In this document: in pieces, positions 27,137 through 37,059 of the stretch
Numbering within the stretch: position 1 is the first letter of the stretch
Layout of the letters: every line of letters begins with the position of its first letter
Assembly (NCBI GenBank): GCA_038064495.1
Contig: JBBTSZ010000002.1
Location: 82,035-146,034, forward strand
From: Patescibacteria group bacterium
GTDB lineage: Bacteria > Patescibacteriota > Minisyncoccia > Phycocordibacterales > Phycocordibacteraceae
Length of the DNA: 64,000 bases
Direction of reading: 5' to 3'
The notes under the pieces: model-generated
Told to the model about the DNA's origin: nothing
The model's database searches: none
The model's input: the letters and a program-made list of their open reading frames with translations, nothing else
Made by a program: the position numbers and the translations under genes

Positions 27137-29356
27137 CTACTCTGGATGCACGCTCTCCTCAGCCCGCGCCGCAGCCATCTTCAGAAGTGGACACGAAGAA
27201 AGGGAAGGGTCTTTTTGAATGAGATTCTTTGCTTCCGTGCGCGCCGCTTCTACCATGCGGATATTTTGAATCGCTTCCATCGCGATGTCTGAAATACCCC
27301 ACTGGCGTGCTCCGGTGAGTTCGCCGGCACCACGGAGTGCAAGGTCATACTCCGCGAGTTCAAACCCGTCTTTTGCGGTCATCAGTGCTTTCAGGCGGTC
27401 ACGGGTGGCTGGACCGTAGGATTCCGGAAGGGCGAAGCAATACGCCTGGTGCGTGGAGCGAATCACACGACCACGAAGCTGATGAAGTTGGGAGAGACCA
27501 AAACGCTCGGCGCCTTCAATCAGAATCACGGTTGCGTTCGGCACATTCACGCCCACCTCAACCACGGAAGTCGCAACAAGAATATCCACGGAACCATTTT
27601 CAAACTTGGCCATAGATTCTTCTTTCTCCTTCGGTGTCATCTTGCTGTGAAGAATACCGATGGTGGCGTCAGGAAAGACTTCTCGCCTTAGTCGCTCAGC
27701 TTCTGCTTTTACAGAGCGGGCCTGTACTGCAAGTTCCTTCGTCGGGTCGGGTTCATCAATACGCGGACAAATCACATAGGCCTGACGACCGATCGCAAGT
27801 TCACTACGTACGCGCGTGTACGCCTGCTCACGTTTTTCTGGTCCGAGTACTTCCGTAATAACCGGTTTACGACCAAGTGGCATCTGGTCAAGGAGCGACA
27901 AGTCTAAATCACCGTAGATGGTAAGCGCGAGCGTGCGTGGAATGGGAGTTGCCGTCATGGAAAGTAAATGAGGTGACACGGTATCTTTGCGAACCAATTT
28001 TTGGCGGTGCACTTTTCCAAATCGATGTTGTTCGTCAATGATGGCGTAGGCAAGATTCTGAAATTGAAGGGATTTGTATACCAGCGCGTGGGTTCCAATG
28101 ACAATCGGAATCTCTCCATTAGCCACCCATTTAGAAAATTGTGCGCGAGATATTTTCGTTGATTCCTCACGACGTATCTTGGAAGGGAACTTTCGGCATT
28201 CACTTCCCGTGATGAGGCCAATCGGAATGGGATGATCTTTAAAATACGAAACAAACGTAGAGAAGTGTTGCTTCGCGAGGATTTCCGTTGGACACATGTA
28301 GGCCACTTGAAGTGTTCCGCTTTTTCTGCCGGGCGGTCGTGAGACCGCTACCATATAGCTCGTTGCCGCAGCCACTGCAGTTTTCCCACTACCCACGTCG
28401 CCCTCAAGCAAGCGACGCATAGGATGGCCCTGCTCAAAGTCGAGAATGATACTTTCAATCGCACGGTGCTGGGCTTCGGTGGGTGGAAACGGAAACGATG
28501 CGACGAATTCATTTAGTGTTCCTCGGTCCACTTCCACGGGAAGCGCTTTCTCAGAAAGCGCTGCTGCACGTTGCATCTGACTTGCGAGCTGTATCGCAAA
28601 GACTTCTTCAAACGCGAAGCGTTTACGCGCGACCTGTGCATCAGGCAGTGCGCGGGGTGCGTGCATCCACACGAGTGCAGTGGAAAGACTCGGGAGGTTA
28701 TACCGCTCGAGAATCTCATTCGGGAGCGGGTCAGCAATTGTTTCATGCACCTTTGCTTCAAAGACTTTTCGTACCGCATGGAGCAGCCACAAGGACGAGA
28801 CCCCCTTACTTTCAGGATAAATAGCAAAGAGCTCTTTGCTCTCGGGCATATCTCCCTCTTTAAATAAATTGTCGTGCACGTCTTCGGGAGTAACCGGTGT
28901 ACGGTCTATCTCCGGGTTTGCGATATACACCGAGGAATCGGTTCCGGTTACTTTTCCGGTAGCACGTACGACCATGCCGTCGGCGAGCATCTTTGCAATG
29001 TAGGGCTGACTAAACCACCTCAACTTTATTTTTCCGGAAGCGTCCTCAAGCCATGCTTCGGCCATTGGGCGTCTGGTTTTCCACGACTTCTTCGCTTCGG
29101 GTTTGCGAATCGTTCCATAGAGCGTTACCTCAGTACCAAACTTCGCGCCACTGATGGTCCCGGTTGGCCCTTGTGCTTCGTAGCGGGCAGGGAAGTGATA
29201 CAGGAGGTCGCGAATCGTATGAATGCCAAGCTTCCCAAGCGCTTTTTTCTGGTCGGGTTTGAGGCGGGTGAAATGCTGTGAAAGGAGGTCGCTTGGCTGC
29301 ATGTACTGAGTATAGCGAAGGAATAGCCATGGGCTATACTGGCACGACAATGACAC
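27137..29356 (-). CDS. recG: ATP-dependent DNA helicase RecG
   Basis: 739 aa; wedge domain, Walker A GDVGSGKT, DEQHRFG, helicase C. Confidence 0.9.
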   Translation of the reverse strand: MSLSCQYSPWLFLRYTQYMQPSDLLSQHFTRLKPDQKKALGKLGIHTIRDLLYHFPARYEAQGPTGTISGAKFGTEVTLYGTIRKPEAKKSWKTRRPMAEAWLEDASGKIKLRWFSQPYIAKMLADGMVVRATGKVTGTDSSVYIANPEIDRTPVTPEDVHDNLFKEGDMPESKELFAIYPESKGVSSLWLLHAVRKVFEAKVHETIADPLPNEILERYNLPSLSTALVWMHAPRALPDAQVARKRFAFEEVFAIQLASQMQRAAALSEKALPVEVDRGTLNEFVASFPFPPTEAQHRAIESIILDFEQGHPMRRLLEGDVGSGKTAVAAATSYMVAVSRPPGRKSGTLQVAYMCPTEILAKQHFSTFVSYFKDHPIPIGLITGSECRKFPSKIRREESTKISRAQFSKWVANGEIPIVIGTHALVYKSLQFQNLAYAIIDEQHRFGKVHRQKLVRKDTVSPHLLSMTATPIPRTLALTIYGDLDLSLLDQMPLGRKPVITEVLGPEKREQAYTRVRSELAIGRQAYVICPRIDEPDPTKELAVQARSVKAEAERLRREVFPDATIGILHSKMTPKEKEESMAKFENGSVDILVATSVVEVGVNVPNATVILIEGAERFGLSQLHQLRGRVIRSTHQAYCFALPESYGPATRDRLKALMTAKDGFELAEYDLALRGAGELTGARQWGISDIAMEAIQNIRMVEAARTEAKNLIQKDPSLSSCPLLKMAAARAEESVHPE

Positions 29357-30489
29357 CCAAAGACGAGAAAATACTCAAAGCCTTTAAGAAAACAGGTGCA
29401 CGTGTTGCAACTACTGCTCGAGTTCATCTGAGGAACAAGCAGGATCTTGCTCTCTACTACACCCCTGGTGTAGGTGTCGCTTCACTTCATCTTTCAAAAC
29501 ATCCAAAAGATGCACGCGACCTTTCCGTGAAGAAAAATAGCGTGGCGGTTATCTCGGATGGGTCTGCAGTACTCGGTCTTGGAAACATCGGACCCTATGG
29601 GGCACTTCCCGTGATGGAAGGGAAGGCACTTATCTTTAAAGAACTCGCAGGGATAGACGCGTGGCCGATTGTGCTTGATACGCAGGACCCCGACGAAATC
29701 GTGAAGACTATTATGGCAATTGCTCCGGCGTGGGGAGGCATCAATCTTGAAGATATCGCCGCTCCGCAGTGTTTTGAAATAGAACAAAAACTCATCAAAG
29801 CACTTTCTATTCCGGTCATGCATGACGACCAACACGGCACGGCTATCGTGGTACTTGCAGGCCTCATTAACGCATCGAAGGTGGTGAAGAAGAAATTAAC
29901 CTCACTCAAGATTGTCATTTCAGGAGCAGGAGCTGCTGGCTCGGGAACCACCGAACTACTTTTATCCGCTGGCATCACTGACATCATTCTGACCGACCGT
30001 ACCGGTACGCTCTATGTCGGACGAAAGGAAGGAATGACGAAACATAAGAAGGAGCTCGCGCGACGTACGAACCCTCGCAACGTGAAAGGTGACCTCGCGA
30101 GCGCAATGCGAGGAGCAGATGTGTTCATCGGTCTGTCCGGAAAAGGACTGCTTCACAGCGCCGAGATTAAAAGCATGGCTCCACGCTCCATCGTCTTTGC
30201 ACTTGCTAATCCAAACCCGGAGATTATGCCAGACGAAGCAAAAAAAGCGGGAGCAGTCGTTATTGCAACGGGTCGTTCAGATTTTCCAAACCAAATTAAC
30301 AACGCTCTGGTGTTTCCGGGCGTATTTCGAGGTGCGCTTGATAACCGAGTGGAAGCCATCACGACGACTATGCAGTTGAAAGCTGCAAAGGCACTCGCGA
30401 GTCTCGTTACCAAGCCCCATGCGACGCATATTGTTCCTGAAACACTTGATAAACGAGTTGTCCCCGCTATAGCGAAATCCATCCGGTAA
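29329..30489 (+). CDS. NAD(P)-dependent malic enzyme (small type)
   Basis: YTPGVG, DGSAVLGLGNIGP, NAD-binding GAGAAG; ORF from 29278, start chosen after recG start overlap. Confidence 0.8.
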   Translation: MGYTGTTMTPKDEKILKAFKKTGARVATTARVHLRNKQDLALYYTPGVGVASLHLSKHPKDARDLSVKKNSVAVISDGSAVLGLGNIGPYGALPVMEGKALIFKELAGIDAWPIVLDTQDPDEIVKTIMAIAPAWGGINLEDIAAPQCFEIEQKLIKALSIPVMHDDQHGTAIVVLAGLINASKVVKKKLTSLKIVISGAGAAGSGTTELLLSAGITDIILTDRTGTLYVGRKEGMTKHKKELARRTNPRNVKGDLASAMRGADVFIGLSGKGLLHSAEIKSMAPRSIVFALANPNPEIMPDEAKKAGAVVIATGRSDFPNQINNALVFPGVFRGALDNRVEAITTTMQLKAAKALASLVTKPHATHIVPETLDKRVVPAIAKSIR

Positions 30490-30511
30490 TCCGCTATACT
30501 GTCTCTATCGT

Positions 30512-30940
30512 ATGAACGTACCTTCTTGGTGCCTCCGTTTCTATAACTTTTGCGTTACCATTCCCGACCGTCTCTATCCCTTTAGCGAGGAGATTGAAGG
30601 CCAAAAGGTGCGGTTTCGTGCTGCCTATGACCAGGCGCTTTCTCGCTATCAGGAAGAGAAGGGTTATGGGAGATACGGTGCATGGCTCATCACCTACCGA
30701 GGTGCCTGTCACGTCGTCGGGGCTACCTTGTTTATTGGTTTCTCTGCTCTCGTATCAAAAGACCTCTTTGGGAGTGAGACTGCCATCTATGTCATCCTCG
30801 TGATGGCAACGATCGCACTCGTGTTTCAGGAGTTTTACCTACAACCCCGCACGCACGGACAAATGAAGATGCATAGCCTCATAGACCTGCTTTCATGGGT
30901 GGTGCCGTTTGGTGTGTACATCATGCGTCACCTTCCTTAG
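30512..30940 (+). CDS. hypothetical membrane protein
   Basis: 142 aa, 2-3 hydrophobic helices. Confidence 0.4.
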   Translation: MNVPSWCLRFYNFCVTIPDRLYPFSEEIEGQKVRFRAAYDQALSRYQEEKGYGRYGAWLITYRGACHVVGATLFIGFSALVSKDLFGSETAIYVILVMATIALVFQEFYLQPRTHGQMKMHSLIDLLSWVVPFGVYIMRHLP

Positions 30941-31020
30941 TGGGTACTTTAGTACTTGCAATACTGTATAGGTGACGTACCCTCTGGCAAGAGGTTCACT
31001 ATTCAGTAGGAGGTGGGACA

Positions 31021-31497
31021 ATGAAGTTCAATCAGATTTCTCAGCGATTCAGTCGAGCTGAGGTAAATCGGCTTTTACGCCTGTATTTCTATGACGGCAT
31101 GTTCTACGGAGACGTCCGGTCTGCCGCGCTCAAGTTTCTTTCAGAGTATTATCCAGATCTTCCAGAGGATACCTGGATAGTTATTCAGACTATGCATAAC
31201 GGTAATGGAGGTCAGTGGGGAATCCTACTTATCCGAATACCACGCGAGTCTGGCTGGCATATGGTGGGCGAGTTTGGACACGCTCTCCCAGATGCTCAAA
31301 AAGAACGCCTAGTTCTGGCAGGCTTTCTTCCGCAAAAAGATTGTCCAGACAGCGATAGACTGATGGGCATTTGTAAACGGGATGTCCAACAACTTGTTGA
31401 GTGCTTCGCTGAATTCGATCCAATGAAGGAATTCTTTGGTCGAGCCAGGATTCAACTTGCTGATCTTCAGTACAAATACATTCCTGAAACAGTATAG
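31021..31497 (+). CDS. hypothetical protein (SD-led)
   Basis: 158 aa; AGGAGGTG 6 nt upstream; terminator hairpin 31509-31543 downstream. Confidence 0.45.
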   Translation: MKFNQISQRFSRAEVNRLLRLYFYDGMFYGDVRSAALKFLSEYYPDLPEDTWIVIQTMHNGNGGQWGILLIRIPRESGWHMVGEFGHALPDAQKERLVLAGFLPQKDCPDSDRLMGICKRDVQQLVECFAEFDPMKEFFGRARIQLADLQYKYIPETV

Positions 31498-31589
31498 AAG
31501 ATAACCTATATCCGCTCGGTCATGACCGAGCGGATTCTTTTATTCCGATCAGGACAACACTTCAGACCTTGCGACTGCTGTGTGAAATT

Positions 31590-32033
31590 CTAGTCTCGTT
31601 GGACCGCGTGTCGCACCCTCTCAAAGACCGTCGCAAACCATGCACGGTCTTTTGCATCTTCTAGTTTCTCGGCGAGGTGCGAGAGTGAGACCCATGAAGC
31701 GTCCGTTATTTCATGCGCAGGATGTAGCTCCGCGTGAGGTTCTGCTGCAAAGAGAAACATATGAATCTCTTTCATTTCGTTTTCATCATACGAGCCATCT
31801 ACGAGAATCTTTGGGCGCGCATACGAACCAAGTGTATCGAGAAGTTCAAGATTTGTAAGTCCGGTTTCTTCTGATATCTCACGACGAGCACCGTCCTCAT
31901 GGGTTTCTCCACCCTCAAGATGTCCTTTCGGAAAAAACCATAGTGTGTCAGGACGTCTGCGCACAAGCGCAACGGTACCTGAATCTCCGAGCACAATACC
32001 TCCTCCACACGGCCTGTTGCTCGTACTCATCAC
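31590..32033 (-). CDS. NUDIX hydrolase
   Basis: GHLEGGETHEDGARREISEETGL Nudix box. Confidence 0.8.
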   Translation of the reverse strand: MMSTSNRPCGGGIVLGDSGTVALVRRRPDTLWFFPKGHLEGGETHEDGARREISEETGLTNLELLDTLGSYARPKILVDGSYDENEMKEIHMFLFAAEPHAELHPAHEITDASWVSLSHLAEKLEDAKDRAWFATVFERVRHAVQRD

Positions 32034-32034
32034 C

Positions 32035-32427
32035 CTAGGAGTGTTCTGGCCTCAAAAGACCAAGCGCGAGTGCTGCACACGCGATAGAGATATCCCGAAA
32101 GAGTACCGAGAAATTTGAAGCATCAAGATTCAAGAGCACAATCGCAAACAGAATACCGCCCATCACAAAGGCAGGGAGGCGAACTCGTTTTCCAAACAGA
32201 ATCCAGAGCGCAAGAACTATCTCAAGAATCCCGAACGAGTGAAGGAGAACTACGTCACTTAACTTGAGCGGAATAGCAATGACGTCAAACGCACGCGTTA
32301 CAAACTGAGGGAAGTACCCGAGCCAGGTTGTTGGGTCAAAGAATGCGTTGACTGCTGGGTAGAGAAACGCAAACGCAAGACCGGCGCGCAGTAGTGCTTC
32401 AGGAGGAGTAACGCGTGGGAATCTCAT
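32035..32427 (-). CDS. DoxX-family membrane protein
   Basis: probable start MRFPRV.. within ORF 32035..32490; 4 TM, DoxX-like pattern. Confidence 0.55.
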   Translation of the reverse strand: MRFPRVTPPEALLRAGLAFAFLYPAVNAFFDPTTWLGYFPQFVTRAFDVIAIPLKLSDVVLLHSFGILEIVLALWILFGKRVRLPAFVMGGILFAIVLLNLDASNFSVLFRDISIACAALALGLLRPEHS

Positions 32428-32429
32428 AC

Positions 32430-32930
32430 TTATTGACTCACGGAAACGGTTCCGACGGCGCTCGCACTTGCGTGGTTGTGATATTTCCATGAACCAGTTT
32501 TTCCGAAGGTGAAGGTATAGGAGCTACCAACGCTACATTGGTCAAATGCGGTGCCGGTCGTATCAGGACAGTGCTGACTCTTTGAGGTTCCGCTATACCC
32601 GGTGTGTGCAGGGTGTACATCTGAAGCGACCCACATTGGCTGATTAGAACTGTTCACAAAAGTAACTGTATCTCCAACTTTGATAGATACAGAAGTTGGA
32701 GAGAAGTTGGTTCCGTCATAGGTGACGGTCACTGGTTTTCCCGCTGCTGGTGTTGTAGCTTCTCCTGAAACATCACTCCCCGTAGCCGGGCTCGTTGTTT
32801 CAAGGGGTGCGGAGGTTGTTTCACCTCCGAGTGCAGGGTTGGTCACGGGAGCTTCTGTCTTTTGAGCAAAGAGAAAGTATCCTCCTGCAACAACCAGAAC
32901 GACCACGATGACGGAGATAGCAGTTTTCAT
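32430..32930 (-). CDS. membrane-anchored cupredoxin-like domain protein
   Basis: N-term TM, T/P-rich linker, beta-rich domain with H..C..H..YHNH; fold call tentative. Confidence 0.4.
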   Translation of the reverse strand: MKTAISVIVVVLVVAGGYFLFAQKTEAPVTNPALGGETTSAPLETTSPATGSDVSGEATTPAAGKPVTVTYDGTNFSPTSVSIKVGDTVTFVNSSNQPMWVASDVHPAHTGYSGTSKSQHCPDTTGTAFDQCSVGSSYTFTFGKTGSWKYHNHASASAVGTVSVSQ

Positions 32931-33011
32931 AGCGTGTATATCTTAGGCTTATAAAGCTCAGTATATACCTGGTAGAAAAGTAACCAAGAGTGCTAGGCTA
33001 GGTGTATGGAT

Positions 33012-33182
33012 ATGAAAACGTTTATCTGGGGAGGAATGTTCGTCGGTTCTGGTATCGGGAGCTTTCTGCCCGTTCTGTGGGGTGAAGATGTTTTATCACT
33101 TTCCTCCGTATTCCTGACCTTCCTCGGCGGCGTCCTCGGTATCTGGGCCGGTCACCACATTGGCAAATACCTCGGTGCGTAG
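33012..33182 (+). CDS. small Gly-rich two-TM membrane protein (GlsB/YeaQ/YmgE-like, 56 aa)
   Basis: hand-found ORF MKTFIWGGMFVGSGIGSFLPVLWGEDVL...GGVLGIWAGHHIGKYLGA; below ORF-track cutoff. Confidence 0.4.
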   Translation: MKTFIWGGMFVGSGIGSFLPVLWGEDVLSLSSVFLTFLGGVLGIWAGHHIGKYLGA

Positions 33183-33312
33183 AGGCGCGACTTCAAGGAA
33201 TACGCGAGGCGTGCTAGGTTATCGTAGTGCTTTATATATGGAGACGTGGCTATGAATTGAGATGGGGTCTCAATTCATCCGCAGGGGTGGGTGTTGAACA
33301 ACGTGAAAATAT

Positions 33313-33402
33313 GGAGACGTGGCTGAGTGGTCGAAAGTACCTCACTGCTAACGAGGCGAGCTGTAAAAGGCTCCGAGGGTTCGAATCCCTCCGTCTCCGC
33401 CA
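33313..33402 (+). tRNA. tRNA-Ser (anticodon GCU)
   Basis: acceptor GGAGACG/CGTCTCC, loop CTGCTAA, long variable arm, T-arm GAGGG-TTCGAAT-CCCTC, G73, CCA encoded. Confidence 0.85.
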
Positions 33403-33448
33403 GATTACCAAGTTTGAACCGAAGCAAAATAACAACATTTTGAAATAT

Positions 33449-33946
33449 ATGGAAAAGAAAAATCTCATTATTGGCATACTCATACTCTCACTGGGTATTT
33501 CTCTGTATTTAGCTTTTCAAAATAGAGGAGAGGTTCAAACGACAACTGAAATCATCCCGCCCAGCGAATCATTGAGACTTGCCTATGAAGAATCTTCACA
33601 ACATTCCGCAATGGCAGATATCGCGGAGCTTTCTTGTTTCCCGACAAGTCGGTTTGATTGTGGTGGAGGAAGTTGTACCGCTTCTGCGCCAGCAACTTAC
33701 TATTTCGTAGATTATGGAACAGAGAAAGGAACCTATTTTAGGTGTGATGCTAAAGGATGCTATCCATACCCAGTTGAAGTAACCACTTCTGGAGAATTTA
33801 CGCAATTTACTCCATCGCAAGGTCAAGCAATGATGTTCAAAGTCGCCACCGGAGATATTTTAGACAACAAAGGAGAGTTTATTGATGTCGCGACACTCGG
33901 AACGGGGGCGATAGTATCTTCTGGTAAATGCGAGTTTAGGAAATAA
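33449..33946 (+). CDS. Cys-rich secreted/membrane-anchored hypothetical protein
   Basis: start MEKKNLIIGILIL.. downstream of tRNA (ORF track extends through tRNA); 8 Cys in C-terminal half. Confidence 0.5.
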   Translation: MEKKNLIIGILILSLGISLYLAFQNRGEVQTTTEIIPPSESLRLAYEESSQHSAMADIAELSCFPTSRFDCGGGSCTASAPATYYFVDYGTEKGTYFRCDAKGCYPYPVEVTTSGEFTQFTPSQGQAMMFKVATGDILDNKGEFIDVATLGTGAIVSSGKCEFRK

Positions 33947-33982
33947 TCATGGCAATAAAAATTACTTATTTCGTACACGGCA

Positions 33983-34741
33983 CTAATAACTGAGGGCAAG
34001 CAGGTGCACGTCTTTCGCTCCCGTATCGCGAAGTGCCTGTTCAGCTGCTCGTAGCGTCGCTCCCGTCGTTACGACATCGTCAATAAGGATATACGTAACA
34101 TGCGCATCAAGCGGACCGTTCGCTCGGAAGGCACCTTCCATGTTCACTAACCGCTCTGCTCGGTTGAGGCGCGTCTGGGGTTTAGTGTCCCGGACTCGCT
34201 CAAGCACGCCATACTTGATAGGTACCGGAAGGCTATTCTGTTTTTCAAATAACCGCTCTACTTGGTTGTATCCACGCTCTCGCTCTCGCAGGGCGGAAAG
34301 CGGAATTGGTAATAGAACATAGGAGTTTGTTTCAAAACCACTCTCGTCCTCAACCAACCCTTCAAGATAATCGTGAAGGACTTGAGCGAGTAACACTCGT
34401 GCTCGCTCACTATCCTTAAATTTCAGCTCAGTAATCAGTGCACGCACAAGACTATGACGGTAGGGGAGGAGTGCAGTTATGTGAGAAGAATCTACTGAAA
34501 CGATGCGTGGCGAGACCAATTGAGAAAGTTGCTCCAAGGTTGCTTTCTCAACCAAAGCCTCATGGCTCTTTGGTGGGAACACCAGACGAATAAGCTGTGT
34601 GAGTAGGAATCGGAGGACATCCATACCATTCATACTATCGCGTCGTCCCTGCGCCCGTACTTCTTGAGATGTGGGGTGATACAATGACGCTATGAGTTTA
34701 TTCGAGACACTCTTCGGCAAGAAGAAGAGCAAGAGCGTCAT
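33983..34741 (-). CDS. comFC: ComF family protein (ComFC, phosphoribosyltransferase domain)
   Basis: C-terminal PRTase motif LIDDVVTTGATL. Confidence 0.7.
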   Translation of the reverse strand: MTLLLFFLPKSVSNKLIASLYHPTSQEVRAQGRRDSMNGMDVLRFLLTQLIRLVFPPKSHEALVEKATLEQLSQLVSPRIVSVDSSHITALLPYRHSLVRALITELKFKDSERARVLLAQVLHDYLEGLVEDESGFETNSYVLLPIPLSALRERERGYNQVERLFEKQNSLPVPIKYGVLERVRDTKPQTRLNRAERLVNMEGAFRANGPLDAHVTYILIDDVVTTGATLRAAEQALRDTGAKDVHLLALSY

Positions 34742-35780
34742 CGGTGTTGATGTCGGTTCGTCATCACTGAAAGTCGTTCAAATTCGGGAGGAGGACGGTA
34801 CTGCGGTGCTTGAAACATATGGAGAACTTGCCCTCGGACCCTATGCAGGTGCAGAAGTGGGGCAGGCAACAAATCTTCCAGCTGCAAAGATTGCAGAAAC
34901 CCTCACTGACCTACTTCGTGAAGCTTCCGTCACTACCACAGAGGCAGGGGTCTCTATTCCGTTCTCTCGCTCCCTCCTCACTCTGGTAGAACTTCCGCGC
35001 AGAGACGATGCGAATGAACAAAAAACCGTTATTGAACTAGAAGCTCGCAAGTATATTCCCGTGCCGGTCTCTGAGGTCCAACTAGACTGGTTCATTTTGC
35101 CGGAGGCTTTACCTGAGAATGCCGAACCACCTCAAAAAGTGAAGGTACTTCTTGTTGCGGTGCATAATGACGAACTCGCACTTCTTGAAAACGTGGTGAA
35201 AGGAGCCGGTCTTGCTGCAAGTTTTTATGAAATAGAGATATTTAGCACGATTCGTTCCGTCGTGGATGAGCCCGTGAAGCCAGTACTCGTACTTGATATC
35301 GGAGCTTCTGCCACAAAAGTGTATGTTGTAGAACGAGGTGTGGTTGCACTTTCTCACAATATTCCCGAGGGAGGACAAGACGTTACACGCACCATTTCAA
35401 CCGCGCATAATCTTTCGATAAAGAAGGCTGAATCCCTCAAGAAAGAGCACGGGTTTCAGAATCAACCTGCTAATGGCTACACACTTGCAACTATTGAACT
35501 CGTTTTCTCACGTATTTTTCAAGAAGCGAAACGAGCTATTACTCAGTACGAAACCGCGCACCAAAAGACTATCTCTGAGATTATTCTCACCGGAGGTGGG
35601 GGAGTCACGAAAGAGCTGGTGACCTATGCACAGTCCTTCTTCTCCATTGACGTAAAAGTTGCCGATCCATTTGGTAAGACACAAGCACCTGAATTCATGC
35701 GCCCAGTACTTGCAGAAATTGGCCCGGAATTTGCGGTTGCGGTAGGACTTGCACTCCGCAAGCTCCAAGAGCTTGAGTAG
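34692..35780 (+). CDS. pilM: type IV pilus assembly protein PilM
   Basis: actin-like ATPase fold pattern, VIGVDVGSSSLKVV N-term. Confidence 0.8.
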   Translation: MSLFETLFGKKKSKSVIGVDVGSSSLKVVQIREEDGTAVLETYGELALGPYAGAEVGQATNLPAAKIAETLTDLLREASVTTTEAGVSIPFSRSLLTLVELPRRDDANEQKTVIELEARKYIPVPVSEVQLDWFILPEALPENAEPPQKVKVLLVAVHNDELALLENVVKGAGLAASFYEIEIFSTIRSVVDEPVKPVLVLDIGASATKVYVVERGVVALSHNIPEGGQDVTRTISTAHNLSIKKAESLKKEHGFQNQPANGYTLATIELVFSRIFQEAKRAITQYETAHQKTISEIILTGGGGVTKELVTYAQSFFSIDVKVADPFGKTQAPEFMRPVLAEIGPEFAVAVGLALRKLQELE

Positions 35781-35841
35781 CACACTCATCTCATGTGTAT
35801 AAACCTCATGTTTCTCTAAAGTCTTTCGGTATACTTCATTT

Positions 35842-36495
35842 GTGGCACTTCCTCCTACTATTCCGACATCGTTTGTACCAAAGATGCCTGTTTCGCCAAC
35901 TGCGCGCAGGAAATCTTCGGGTCCAAACCCATTTCTTACACTTGCTTCCGTTGTGCTTGCTATTTCCCTTCTCGGCGCTGCCGGCATGTTCGCCTACCAG
36001 TATTACCTTGAAGGCGTCGCAAAGAGCAAGGGAGCACAGTTAGTAAAGGCACAAAACGATATTGACCAAGCAACGGTAACCGGGTTCATTCGTTTGCGCG
36101 ATCGCTTTACCGTCTCACAACAAATATTAAGTAATCACGTGACTTTGTCAGCTTTTTTTGATGTTCTTGAATCACTCACCCTTGCAACGGTTAAGTTCTC
36201 TTCACTCAAAGTCACCCTATCTGAAAGTCATGTGGCAACCATAGAAATGAACGGTGTCGCAAGAAGTTTTAATGCACTCGCTGCACAGTCAAACGCTTTT
36301 TCAGATGAAAAACGCATTAAGCGTGCTATTTTCTCAGGGATCACGCTTGATCAAAAATCTGGGAACGTATCCTTCAGTTTGAAGGCAGAACTTGATCCTG
36401 CACTTATCGTCAATAATGCCAACCCTGTTGCGGGCACGGTACTGGTACCGCAAACACAACCACAAATCCCCCTTGCTACCTCCACCACACCATGA
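35842..36495 (+). CDS. pilN: PilN-like pilus assembly protein
   Basis: single TM then coiled coil; position after pilM. Confidence 0.6.
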   Translation: MALPPTIPTSFVPKMPVSPTARRKSSGPNPFLTLASVVLAISLLGAAGMFAYQYYLEGVAKSKGAQLVKAQNDIDQATVTGFIRLRDRFTVSQQILSNHVTLSAFFDVLESLTLATVKFSSLKVTLSESHVATIEMNGVARSFNALAAQSNAFSDEKRIKRAIFSGITLDQKSGNVSFSLKAELDPALIVNNANPVAGTVLVPQTQPQIPLATSTTP

Positions 36496-37055
36496 TTAAT
36501 CGACTCTTACCGGTTATAGTACTCATTATCGCGATTGCCATCTTCGTTGGATATACGAATCCGTTGTATACGCGAGAGATTCTCCCGCTCCAAGCGCAAG
36601 TTCGAGAGTATGATGGTGCACTTGCGGCAGCAGCTGACTTCAATAGAAAGGAGGCACAACTCGCGACCGAGCGAGCCGCTATTCCAGCAGAAAGCATTCA
36701 GAAGATTGAAACCTTCCTACCGGATGGCGTGGACAATGTGCAGTTGATTCTTGACTTGAATGCACTGGCGGCACGCTCAGGAGTACAGCTCTCAAACTTT
36801 GATGTTAAAGAAAATGGTGTTGTAGCTCAAAATGAGCCACAAAGTGGAGGCATTGCCCTTGAGCAGGGAGGTAAGCAAACAGACTCACTAGATCTTTCTG
36901 TAAAAGCAACGGCTTCGTATTCAGCATTTCGGACCTTCCTTGCGGGAGCCGAACAAAGCCTGCGTATTCTTGACGTGACTCAGCTTGATGTGAGCGATTC
37001 ACCGACCGGTGTTTACAGCTATGCTATTACTTTTAGAATCTATTGGCTCCACTAA
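36492..37055 (+). CDS. pilO: PilO-like pilus assembly protein
   Basis: N-term TM + coiled coil + alpha/beta domain; synteny. Confidence 0.55.
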   Translation: MINRLLPVIVLIIAIAIFVGYTNPLYTREILPLQAQVREYDGALAAAADFNRKEAQLATERAAIPAESIQKIETFLPDGVDNVQLILDLNALAARSGVQLSNFDVKENGVVAQNEPQSGGIALEQGGKQTDSLDLSVKATASYSAFRTFLAGAEQSLRILDVTQLDVSDSPTGVYSYAITFRIYWLH

Positions 37056-37059
37056 TTGT

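Noticed and set aside
33227-33448. N-terminal 74 codons of ORF 33227..33946
   Set aside because: Runs straight through tRNA-Ser; true CDS most likely starts at ATG 33449 after the tRNA.
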